This document shows positions 25,939 to 37,860 of a stretch of 64,000 nt of DNA, piece after piece. Both the position numbers and the translations under genes were made by a program. Positions within the stretch are counted from its first letter, which is position 1. The number at the start of each line of letters is the position of its first letter. Under the pieces are notes generated by a model. It ran no database searches, was not told the DNA's origin, and worked only from the letters and a program-made list of their open reading frames with translations. The DNA comes from Lama glama. Taxonomy: Eukaryota. Where the stretch lies: positions 49,044,001-49,108,000 of the forward strand of contig CM052817.1 in assembly GCA_028534125.1 (NCBI GenBank), read 5' to 3'.

Positions 25939-26120
25939 CCAGTGAGTCTCAAATTTAACATGCTTCAGAATCATCTAGAGAGCTAATTAATATACGGATT
26001 ATGGACTCCGATTTCAGAGTTTATGATTCAGGGGATTTGAGGTGTGGTCCAACAATCTGTGTTTTTAAAATTTGTAGACGATATAGATGCTGCAGGTCTG
26101 AGGTATCACATTGTGAGACC
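25939..26120. mobile_element. MER5A-like MITE
   Basis: cagtgagtctcaaattt...catgcttcagaatcatctagagagct...gatgctgcaggtctg. Confidence 0.7.
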
Positions 26121-27103
26121 CAAATGGTTACAACTCTGTGGAAAGACTGTTAGAAACCCACAGTGTCCTATAATCCTTTACTATTGAAGGGATGTCCTCT
26201 AAGGTATGGAGTCTGACTAAGATGCTGTATCGAAAAGTTGTAAAGACTCATCTTTCTACTCACTTACTTCCCATCTCCCTCCGGGAGAAAAGCCGCAAGG
26301 TAACTATCCTGACCCTGTGTGATGCCTTATATACGGTACGTGCTCCTCAGAACTAAAGGTAACCACCTCTCTTGCCCAGGGCCTTCTCTCACCATTGCCC
26401 CAGTGAAAGCCCTTCATAAAAGGCTGCCAGAGACCCCATCTCCCTTCTCCCTGAACCTATAGTCACGTTACAAATTAGTGAGAGTCAGGCCTTTCTGCCT
26501 CCTCCCGCAGATTTCTCTATTCTACCCTGAAATTGGTGCCAGAGCCATTTCAAATGTCAAGCTGAACATTCAACATTTTGTGTAAAAGCTGTAACACTCC
26601 CCTGAACCTCCCCACTGCCTGAGATTATGCACAGACCACTTAGCTTTGTGCCTTTCTCCGCTAGACTTTGCAGCTTTGTTTTTCATTATACTAAGCCTAG
26701 TTGTACAAAGTTCTCTTTACACCCTGATCTATTTTTGCCGCTGCTCCTTTGTTTACACTGCTTCACTACCTGGCATGCTGTTTCCTCCTCATCCTACATT
26801 AATTGGTGAGAGTCTTGGACTCTGATACTTGACTCAGAGCTCATCTCCTGCGTAATTTCTAACTCACCAGGTAGAAGTCATCTGATCTTGTGCGTAGTTT
26901 GACCATAAATCTATACCACTGTGTTTTACTTACCTAATTACATGTCTGACTATCTATTCTGAAAGGAATGTGAACAAAAGGTCTTAGCTGCAAGGTGGAT
27001 CTCCTTCGGAAAATATTCACGTTTCTCCACGTTTATAATCCTGTAACCCTATGTATCTATACCGATTGACCTTTTACGCAACTTTGAGTATGTTGATGTT
27101 TTC

Positions 27104-27650
27104 TGTTAGGTCGTTAGATAAGTGGGGGCACCGGGAAGACAGGTGGAGGAGAGGGAGGATGGTCTGGAAGATGGCTTTATGTCTACCTCCAGCATAAAGA
27201 GACGTTACTTCTAAATAAATGCCAGCAAGAAACGGGTTAGAACCTGACATCCATGACTGTGCGGTAGCAGAAAGGACTTAACAAGACACGACCCGATGTT
27301 CATCGTATTATAATTAACATTGCAGCTTAGCCCTCACCCCCGTGGGATTTTCTGTGTACACCATGGATAAGGACATGTGCGAAGAGGCCAAACGTGACTA
27401 AGCATTCCAGGGACAAGAGCCGTCAATCAATCAAGAGACCACCTCTGAGCAAGGATGTAAGAGAAAGGGGAGACAAAACCCGCCGCTTTTCCTCCCTTGG
27501 GTCAGCCTGCCTCCTGTTCTTAAGGGTATACTTTTCTTTTCTTTTTAAATAAATCTTTAAAAATTTTTCTTTACACAACACACTGTCTCCCAACTGTAAA
27601 CTTGTCTTTTGGGTATGACAAGGACCGGGGTCTTTACTTTTTGGATAACA
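27104..27650 (+). mobile_element. CpG-rich solo LTR (ERV)
   Basis: TGTTA...TAACA inverted termini; flanks tttc/ttta (3/4 TSD match); AATAAA at ~27548. Confidence 0.7.
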
Positions 27651-28199
27651 TTTATTTTTCCAGAAATGGCAAAATTGAGGCTGAGCTGGGACCTTTCCTT
27701 GACCTTACAGCCTGACTCCTTCAGCAGGCTGAATTCGAGAATCGCTTACGTGCCCTGTGCTGAGTCACTGCCGCTCTAAAGTTAATCTGCCCGAGGTAAA
27801 ATTCCAACACATCATTCACCAGGGTTTTAGTTGAATTCTTCTCCCAGAACCAAGTCTTTTGGTTATAATGCTGCACAATGCTCTCCACCCTTTACTCTGA
27901 TGCCCACAGGGCTCTCTGCTCTGAATTTTCTCCTTGGCTACTCATCTTCAATGCCCTACATCTGTGTCTGTGCTTATGCCATGGACTTCTATGATTCTTC
28001 TACGTGCATTGTTTTTTTATTTCACTGTGGGGGAAAAAAAACATTTCTGTGAGATGCTACTGTGCTTATGTAGAGAGCAATTAATTTTCTACCTACTCAA
28101 CATTAGAGGTAGTTTGACTGACCTCTGCTTTTGGATATCACAGAGTCCACACCATGAAAACACTTACCAGCAAGTAGAACGAAGAAAGTCCTTGCAGAT

Positions 28200-29240
28200 A
28201 TCCTAGTTTGTTTCTAAATATATTTCTGAAAGTTTCTTACTGAGATGTGGTAAGATTTGTTTTGTATTTTTACTGCTTGTGACTATAATGGCTTTTTCAA
28301 AAGGTAACTATTATGTTCCTGTTCATCTTATTATTTCCTGAGCATTGTATTCTTTCATGTTTATCTTTCTGGGATACTAATTTGAGTTTTCAAATATCTA
28401 GATATATATTCAGTTTAATCTTAACAATGTCTAACATTTCATGTCTTCTTGACCTTTGCACTAATCTCCCCCCAAATCTCTCTACTTTATCTTCTAAGTA
28501 GTTGATTCTACACTGCATATTTTATTTTAATCTAGTTTTATCTAATCACTAGAGAATTTTTAATGTCAATGATCATGTGATCCTTATCTAAAAATAACAA
28601 TTCTTTTTCAAAGCAGTCTAAAATGGCTGTAACATCCTAATGAACAATTATGGACATAGCAATTATTCATCTTTTAAAGTTTTCTTGAGTTTTCTGCATA
28701 GACCACTTTCTTCAGGTGTTAATGCTTCTTTTTGTAATTTTGGTGCCACTCTATCATGCTTTTGGATGTTTATATCAGACTATGATGCACTATATTGCAT
28801 ATCATTAGTCCGTAAAGTCTATTGAACAGTATTCTGGTGGTAATGTTGTACAATTAACAGCTAGAGAGTGTGACATGCATCCACTGTGCTTTTCTATAGT
28901 GTGTGTAGCTAGCTTCTGTTTGTCAAAGTCAGTGCATTTGCCCCAGTGGTCCTAAGTTACCTGGGTGGCACTTCTCCATCTATAATATTAGTTCTAGAAA
29001 TTTCTGTTGTCAGAACTCCCATTTTAGCTAGCTTCACTTCCAGTTTTTGCCTGGGAGAAAACTTCAATGTCAGAAGTGGAAAGTCAGAGCAGCTATTCTG
29101 CCTCCCACTGATTAAATGTACAGCTGCTCCCACAAGCACTTCCTTCTGCTGGCTTCTGCCAACACTGGTCCCAAGGTAATTCTGTTCTGCTGAGACAACT
29201 CAGTGTCTTTGAAAACTCTGCATCTTTAAAGGCTCTTCCT
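28200..29240 (-). mobile_element. Old, degenerate L1M sequence
   Basis: T-rich antisense L1-like composition with no intact frame. Confidence 0.4.
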
Positions 29241-29249
29241 CTCTTGGGT

Positions 29250-30063
29250 TCTGGACCAAGATGGTGGAGTAAGAAGACCCTGAGTTCACCTCCTCCCACA
29301 GACACATTAAAACTACAACTACGAAAAGAATCACTGTCTCTGAGAATGACCCAAAGACTAGCAAAACAGATTTTTTTAAAACTAAGGGTATAAAGAAGAG
29401 GCCACGTCAAGCCGTGTAGAAGGGGCAGAGATGTAGTTTAGTCAGAACTCACACTGCCCCCAATGCTGGCGATATCCCAGCCCATGAAGGGGAGAGATAG
29501 CACAACCGTGAGGTCTCCCTTGAGGAAGAACTGCATCAGGAAAATGAGCCCCCATAGTGTCTGGCTTTGAAAACCAACAGGACTTACACCTGGTAGAGCC
29601 AAAAGGGCTGTGGAAAACCAGGACTCCACTCTTGAAGGGTTTACACACAAACTCACTCACTCCGAGTCCCAGTGCAGAAGCACCAGCATGAAAAGTGCAC
29701 AGGTCATACAAGAAGGAGATTCATTGAATAATTTTAGTGCATGGGCCCGATAGGAAGGGATCTGGTGGAATTTTCTCTGAGGATAGAAGAACTAGCAGGT
29801 ATCATTTTTTAAAACTCTCCTTCCACCTAGTTGTTCTGGCACTTGAGTGTCATTTCTATGACTATCAACCCAGATAACACCATGTTCCCTAGCCCTGAGG
29901 ACCCACACTGCCAACTCATCCACCCTGGCCAGCCCCTCCAAAGTGGATTCTGCCCCACCCCACCTGGTGGCCCGCCCTGGCTGGCACAAGTGCTCCTCCC
30001 CAAAGGCTCCTGCTCCAGAGGGCCAGGCCCACTCTACCTGGCAGGCAGCCTCAGCCAGCACCA
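29250..30063 (+). mobile_element. L1 5' UTR fragment
   Basis: Starts with the YY1-type caagatgg(t)ggagtaagaagaccctgagttcacctcctccc; GC-rich; no ORF1 follows. Confidence 0.65.
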
Positions 30064-31898
30064 GTAATTAGGAGATAAACCAAGATATAATCTCTTTTTG
30101 GAATTCTGTGGTGTCCCATAGACCTAGTTAATTTCTTTTCCTTATGGTAAGGCACCTTAGATTCTGCAAAACAGTTCCTAATTGCACTCGCCCACAGTTT
30201 CCATCAAATACATGGAATGTTGTCTGTTCTCTTGCACCAGCAACGCCACAGTGAATAATTTCTGTATAGGGGTCTTCCCCTTTCCCTTGAATTCTAGGTG
30301 CCCTACCTGGCAAGAAGGTAAGTGCAGTAACTGCTCTCCTGTCCACAGTGGATCCAGTTATTCATCTGTGCAATGGAAACCCCGAGCTTTGCAGTAGTTA
30401 ACGTTTTACTCTAAACTGGATTCTGCTATAGGAAAATGTTTCAGTCACGATTGTACCATTCTCTTTGTAAAACCCTGGGTCCTGCTTTTTGGGGAACAGC
30501 TCACAATACCGAAAACACTGGCAGGGAGTGCAGCCAGTAGATCCTATGGCATCAGAGGAGGAGCTGTCATCAGGGAGTAGCACCTGCCAAGGCACAAACC
30601 AAGACTATGGTTACAAATTGCTTATTGTCCAGTAGCCTGGGCTGTAGCACCTCACTGGCTGCCGGTTCTCCCTACAATGTGTCCATGTCTTTGATGTGTT
30701 GAAGAAACCCAGTCTTTCTGAATTTTGAAATCCTGCATTCCGAATGTTTTTGGTTGCTTTCTTGGTTGCTGTTATGTTAACTTGTTCTTTCATCCCCCAT
30801 ATATCTTGGAGACCAGAAGTTAGATCTAAAGTTTATATTAAATTCAAGCTGATTATTTTTTAAGACTACTTCATACAAAATTTTATATTTCACATTGCAT
30901 CACATCAGAAGACAACTAATGTCTGGTTCTGTCACATTTGGTGATACCAATTGATCAGCAGGTTTGGGGGATGACAGACTATGCTGTCTACATAATGGTG
31001 CTGTTTTCCTCTGGAAAAAAAATCTTGGCATTGACTTAGGTGGATTTGAGTAACATTGGTTTTTCTTATTCCATCATTCATACTGCATTTATTTTGAAAA
31101 ATTTCCTGTAGAGACAAACTTTCCCTCAAGTACTGGGTGTTTAGAGACTCTGAAATCCAGCTTAAGACAGGATGCATGAAAGGACCAAAGGTGTTCTTTC
31201 TGAAGTGCTCAGAACAATTTGGTAGAAATTGAGATCAAAGGCTAGAAGAAGACATAGGAAACTATTTGACTTAGCTATCAGTTTTAAAACCGTTAAGATC
31301 TAAAATCAAAGTCAAATTAATTCTGTCATCCTATACTGTCTGTGACAAGTTACACATTTCAAGATAATATGATCTTGGATTGAGTGCCAATCGGATAAGA
31401 GAAAAAGGAGGGTGTATAGGGGATATTGAGAGGAGTTTGAGCAATTAGAATCTTGGTATTTTCTGAACTAGCTTGAGATAACAACTAAGAAATCATCTAA
31501 TTTTCTTTTTTGGTAAACATTTTCTTCTTTACGGAACATTCTTTCTCCATATTTCCACAAGTTTACATATCTATTTACATATATTTCGTGCCCTTATGAG
31601 GTCCCCAATTGTCTTAATTCCTCTGTTTCTTTTCCTTCTTTGAAGTGTCCTAAGCGCAGAACATGTGGTTTCTCCACTTTTGCAATCTGTCTTCTCCAGT
31701 AATTACTCACAGATATTTGCTACTAAATTAAGTAAAATCTCCTGAGTCAAGCCAAAAAGGCCATTCACAGTAAACAATCATTTATCTCTCAAACTTTATC
31801 TCCTACTCAGTATTTAGTAGTTTGTATTCTATGACACTCTACTGATAATTGCTTTAGGAAAATGCCCTTGATTTTTTAATTTCCTTTGAGAATATTTG

Positions 31899-32048
31899 GT
31901 CCTGTCCAAAATGTCCATAAAGCATTTAGTCCATAAGGCATTTGGTCCATAGGACATTTGGTCCATGCCAAAAGGTCCTTGAAATTTGCTTCTATCCCAG
32001 ACATCGATGACCGTATTTGGTCCATGATGCATGGTTTTGGACAAACCC
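31899..32048. repeat. Small element with 16-bp tandem repeats and short terminal inverted repeats
   Basis: Units gtccataaagcattta / gtccataaggcatttg / gtccataggacatttg at 31913-31960; tgtccaaaa (31903) and ttttggaca (32035-32043) are inverted. Confidence 0.7.
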
Positions 32049-33820
32049 AAATGTTTGCTAACCTTTAATTTCTGCATTTGTTTGTACTGCTGTCTTTGGC
32101 TGTTATTACCTCTCCATTCTCCTTGCCTACTAAAATTCTACACATCTTTCAAGGTCATTTCAAGTTTATTATTTCACAGTAGCTTTTTCTTGTCTTATTC
32201 TTATGACTCCCAGAGCCCTGTTTCATATTTCCTTTCTTATTTTATGTTCTTTCATATAGCAAAATATTTATAGAGTTCACAGATGTATTCATTCATTCAT
32301 ATATTTTTAATTATAGAATAAAATTCAATGCTAGGGGAAGTGAAGTTTGAATGTATCATGGATTCTTTGTTGAACATGGAATGGCTTATAAAATATTCTT
32401 TAAGTATTCTTTTCAAAACTCTGAATAAAATAGAACCCATAAGCAATCAGGCCTCAAACTATTAGCTAAGTTATTTTGTTTTCCTTTTGATGTATTATGG
32501 TGCCTGACACGACCATGTAAAACTTTGCAGGGAGAAGAATGATCATGGCACTTTCCCCTGCTCTACGAGGATATCCAAGAGACGATGATAATCCCTAAAA
32601 TGAAACAAAAGAGACAGGAACCTGCAGAGGATTTTCAAAAAGGTATACTAGCAACTAAATGCAATTTGTACTACTTTGTGAAGCAGTGGATTCTGAAGCT
32701 GGAGCTAATAGAAAATTATTAGGGAAGTGGTAGCTCTTCAAGAATGGAGTCACTAGTTTGATGATAAACACAAGAGGAAAAATGTTTTAGGAATTAAAAC
32801 ATATATTACACATTAAAATTTAATCACATTCTAAGGGATTCAAATGTCTACAGACACAGGCCGGCAGACCAAGTCTTCCAATGGAAATTGAAACCAGTTG
32901 CATGCATTATGCATTATGCTGCCTCATTGTATATTGAACATTGAAGCTGTCTTCTTCTAAGAGTCCTCAAGCAGAACCAAGCTTTTCATATTTTTTCTGT
33001 GACTGGATGGATTCTGCTAACCTGTAAAATTTGTACCAGGGAAGTCTCCCTGGTGGTTAATGAGGGGTGAGGCAATAGATATGAAAAGCAGGTTCTGATC
33101 CACCACTCCACCTGCTGAGCAATTCAATAATCGTTCTTGTAAAAGTGGTTTGCTGACAGACACCATATAGTTTCTAGGCTGTTTTTGCCCATGGCATTTC
33201 TTAGTTCATTATGGGAATAGAGTAAAAATGAATGCAATTATTTATTGGAGGATATACAGCCTGATATTATTACAGGAATTCCACTATAGGAAGTCTTGGA
33301 TAAATGCTTTTAGTTTAATATTCAGATCATCTCAAATTAAATTTTTAACCATCTTCAAACCCAGAAAATAACCTCATTTCAACATATTTGCCTTCAGAAC
33401 TATCTGGAATTTTTGCTGTACAGCTTACAAACTGTGACTTAGGTGTCTTGTGTCTCTTATGATATAAATCCTCTGGGCTAGGTAATTTGATTATTCCCAC
33501 TTTATGGATATGGTCATCTAAGCTTAGAGAGGCCTGGTGAACAATTGCTATTAGGATTACATGAGATAATCCATGCCTGGCCCATAGTAAGTGTTTGCTC
33601 AGTTTTGCTGTTATTAAAATTATCTGTGCCATGTTGCACTATTTTATGCAAATAAATTGTGGCATATTTTATCTGGCTTACCCTTCATCTACCTCAGCAT
33701 GATATTTGATAATAGTGAAAAAGGGTATGTTATAGAAATGCATATTTATTTCTACTAATGAAAAATTTATAAGTTAGAAATATAACCAAATGTATATTGG
33801 CTCATTTTAAAATTCTTATA

Positions 33821-34509
33821 CAAGCATTCCTTGGAGATATTGCAGATTTGGTTCTATACCATCCCCAAAAGACAAAGACCACAATAAAATGAATCACAAT
33901 AATTTTTTGTTTTCCCATTGCATATGAAAGTTATGTTTATGCCAAACTATTGTCTGTTAAGTGTGCAGTAGCATTATGTCTAGAAAAATAATGCATATGC
34001 CATAATTAAAAAATACTTTATTGCTAAAATATGCCCAAACAATGACAATAGTAGAACATCACCAATCACAGATCACCATAACAAAGACAGTTGACCCTTG
34101 AATAACGCAGGGGTTAGGGGCGTTGACTCTCCATGCAGTTGAAAATCTAAGTGTAGCTTCACAGTTGGTCCTCAGTATCTGTGGTTCTCCATCCGTGGAT
34201 TCAACCAATCTCAGATAATGTAGTTCCGTAGCATGAATTTACTGAAAAACATCAGCATTTAAATGGGCCCTCTCAGTTCAAACCCATGTTGTTCAAGGGT
34301 CAACTGTATAATAATAATGAAAAAGTTTGAAATGTTGCAAGAATTACCAAAATGTGACACAGAGACACAAATTGAGCAAATGCTGTTGGAAAAAATCACA
34401 TTAGTAGATTTGCTTAATGCAGCCTTACCACAAACTTTCAATTTGTAAAAAACACAATATCTGCAAAGCTCAACAAAGTGAAGCATGATGAAAATGAGAT
34501 AATGCCCTT
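33821..34509 (+). mobile_element. Internally deleted Tigger1 (TcMar) element
   Basis: 5' end caagcattccttggagatattgcag; 3' region ataatgaaaaagtttgaaatgttgcaagaattaccaaaatgtgacacagagacac; TA flanks. Confidence 0.9.
34088..34306 (+). mobile_element. Tigger2a/MER8-like MITE nested in Tigger1
   Basis: Perfect 15-bp TIRs cagttgacccttgaa...ttcaagggtcaactg. Confidence 0.9.
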
Positions 34510-36820
34510 ATTAGTTCGTGAGTTTATCTAAAGACATTTGCTCTGGGTTGAGTAATGAGTAACTTGTCAGAGAAAATCAGAGGCTCTGTGTGAATATACT
34601 AGCTGAAGACTATATCGCAACGGGAAAAATTACAAATTACATCAACTCTAAAAAACTGATTTCTGAGAACATAACAAAACACAATAAAAAGTGTATATGT
34701 ATTACATATAGATATTACATATGTTTCCTAATCACAAATACGGTTGCTAGCAAACAAATGCTTTGATACAGTGATGTCTTAATTCAAACAACATCCAGCA
34801 CATACAGTCCCCATATTGACTCCAGAACACCTACATGTAATTCCTGTGTTTATCAGTTTTACTTGGAGGATATGACAAGATTTTTTCAAGGCATTATTTT
34901 GCTAACAGAATTGTCTTAATTTGGGGGGATATAATATCAATATTTCTTAAGTAAACATGAGCCAAAAATGCACACATTCTAACATATATTGTATAGTACT
35001 ATTTATTACATATGTAATATAATGTATAATAATATATAATCAATATAGGGACTGTATATGTATATAGAAAAAATATATATATAGAGAGAGTCATTCAAGA
35101 AATCTGAGTATTGAAAATCAAAATGGCTTTCACTAGGAAAGCATGAACCAAGAAGAAGCTATTTTGTGGAGCGTTCCTGTCTGCACAGCATGTGTTAAAG
35201 CAAGTTGTGTTCCCAATATGTGCTGTCATTTGTATAATTTTTTGAATCTAAAAAGTACTTAAGAATTTCATTTCAAAATTCTCTTTACTCTCACCTTAAA
35301 AATGTTGACTTTTATAGTTAAAACCTTTTACTATTGTTACAGAATTTTAATACTCTTACGTTTATGGTAATACGCAAATACAGGCAAAGTCTGTACTGGG
35401 ACTTGAGGTTATCTTTAATTTCTATTGGTGACAGTTACTTATATTGCTAATGCTATTTTGACCTGTTGCTACTTTCCTAATAAAGGACAGTGCTAAATTT
35501 AATCTAGAGGTCAAAAAAGTAAATAGTTTGTTTTTTCCTCATTTGAGTTCACAGACTCCCTAAATTCTATTCATAGACCCCAGGTTAAGAACTTCTGAAG
35601 AAATGTTTCCTTTTATTACCGCAAAGGAACAGAACAAGGGGAGTCATGTTTCATCATTTCATCTTGGGTTATAGCACATTGGCCTGAAATCACATGACCC
35701 CTCTTCTCTCCAAAGTGGCCAAGAAATGCAGTCTTCTAAATGTCCAGGAAGAGAAGAAACACGAGATATTAGAAAGTACTGGTATAGTCTACATAATCTC
35801 TCACTCAGAATACCCAGACAGTTCCCTCTGTTCAATAGCTCCCCTAGGCTCTTAGCATCCTTACCTACAAATATGCAAAATAAGTTGTTAAAAATAGTTG
35901 TATTAAATAAAAGTCAATGACAAATCATTCAGTTCTTTATTTTCTAATTAAATTAACGTTTAATACCTAATAAAGCTAGACACCTGGGTAGACATAGGAA
36001 AAATTTTATTTCTGTAATCTTTTACTCAATTATTTTGAGTAATTATTTACTCAAAATATTAACATGTGAAATATATAAGCATCAAAATAAATATCATTTA
36101 TGATTTGATTCAAAACTATTTATTGGTTGACTATTGTGTGCTAAGCAGTTACCAAGGAAACTGCTATGAATAATAAATACTCTGCTTTCATGAAGCCTAC
36201 ATTTTATTCTGGTGGAAGGAAAGAGAAAACCAAACAAAACAAATATTCTTACAAATGTGTAATATGCCATGTGGAGATAAATCCTGTGAATAACCATAAT
36301 GAAGAGTAAAGGGCTAAAGTTTAGGCAAAGTTGCTATATTTGATATAAATTGATCTAGAAATACCTATGAAAGTGATACTTGAGCAAAAATACTGAATGA
36401 AAGTTATACTTCATGAAGAACTGAATAAACCATTTATAGAGTATAGAGTGTTACCTCTATGCTGGAATCACCCCTAAAAATCAAACGTTCACTATGCATC
36501 TCCATGTAGATGTCTAATTGACCCCTCAGAATGAATGAGTCCAAAAGTGAACTCCTATCTTCCCTTTCCTGAAGCTTGTATCACAAATGAATGAATTCCA
36601 AATGAAAATTCTTTGATTTGCTCAGCTCCCAAGCCACAGAGTCATCCTTTACTCTCCTCTCTCACTTACCATACCCAAATCCTCTCAGCTCGGTGGCTAC
36701 TTCTTACCAATCCCATCACTTCCATTTTCAACCAAATCAGCTTGTTCCATTGCAAAAACTCCTGCCAACTAATGAATACCTCTCACCCTCTGACTCTACC
36801 AGGCTTAGGTCATTAGCTAC

Positions 36821-37221
36821 TGGGGTTCCTGACCTGTTACACAACCTGAAAGGAGTTCTGGGTGGAGATCAGGAATGAGGCACTCCGGGCTCTGGGAAAA
36901 TTGCCAGAAGAGATCATAAGATAGTTAGATATTTTCAGGAGAAAGTTTTATGAACCCAAATTCTTGCATCTTCTCATACCTTGAAAAGCACTAAAATAAT
37001 TACCAGAGACATTTGCTTCTTGTGACTAGCAGCGTCCTTCTGTGGAGATGTGTGTACACACTTCACCAAAATCACGTATACACTGACCTCCCCCCACCTC
37101 TCTGGAGCAGTTTCCTCAGGGTTATCCAACAGGCTGTCTCCCAGGCTACAGTCCTCAGAAAGCCCCAAATAAAACTGAATTCACAGCTCTTACATTGTGT
37201 GTGTATTCTTTTCAGTGGACA
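36821..37221 (+). mobile_element. Solo LTR (ERV1-type)
   Basis: TG...CA ends, 4-bp TSD CTAC (36817-20 and 37222-25), AATAAA at ~37168. Confidence 0.85.
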
Positions 37222-37229
37222 CTACCAAC

Positions 37230-37860
37230 TATTCTTTCTGCTTCAATTCTTGCCCCCACTTCCTACCTCACCCTTATTTTCAATGTAGTCTCCAGGGTAG
37301 ATCTTTTAAAATGGAACCCAGATTGCTCAGTCCTCTGCTCAGATCTCTGTGATGAGTTCTCCCAGAAAAATGGAAGTTGTTGCAGAGGGCTGCAAACCCC
37401 TCTGTAATCCGTAATCCCCAGCTCCCTTACCTCACCTCCTCCTACTTGTCCCCTTTTCTCCTCCAGCCATACTAACCTCCTTGCTATTCCCCCAATATAC
37501 TGGGCACATCCTTGACTTGGCATGTTTGTCCATGCTGTGCCTTCTTTCTGGAATGCTCTTCCCCAAAGCATCTTCATGGCTCACTCACTTTCTCATTCAG
37601 ATCTCTGTTCAAATGCTACCTACACAGAAAGTACTTTCCTGGCACCATATTTAAAATAAACTACTCCCCACCTGAACATCTTGCTTTACTTTTTAGACAT
37701 TAATGCTAGTTACTATTCAATATTCTAAATGTTTCACTTATTTATTTTGTCTATTGTCTGCTTCATCTCAACAGATTGTGGGAATTTAGGTCTGCTTTTA
37801 TCTCCTGCTGTACTTTGGTGTCTACCAGGCCCTCGGCAGATATGTGTAAAACAAATAAAG
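37230..37860 (+). mobile_element. L2 3' fragment
   Basis: ctccagccatact...ttctggaatgctcttcccc...tcattcagatctctgttcaaatg. Confidence 0.75.

Noticed and set aside
31913..31966. Regularly spaced repeats suggesting a CRISPR-like array
   Set aside because: Contiguous 16-bp tandem units without unique spacers, in mammalian DNA with no cas genes.
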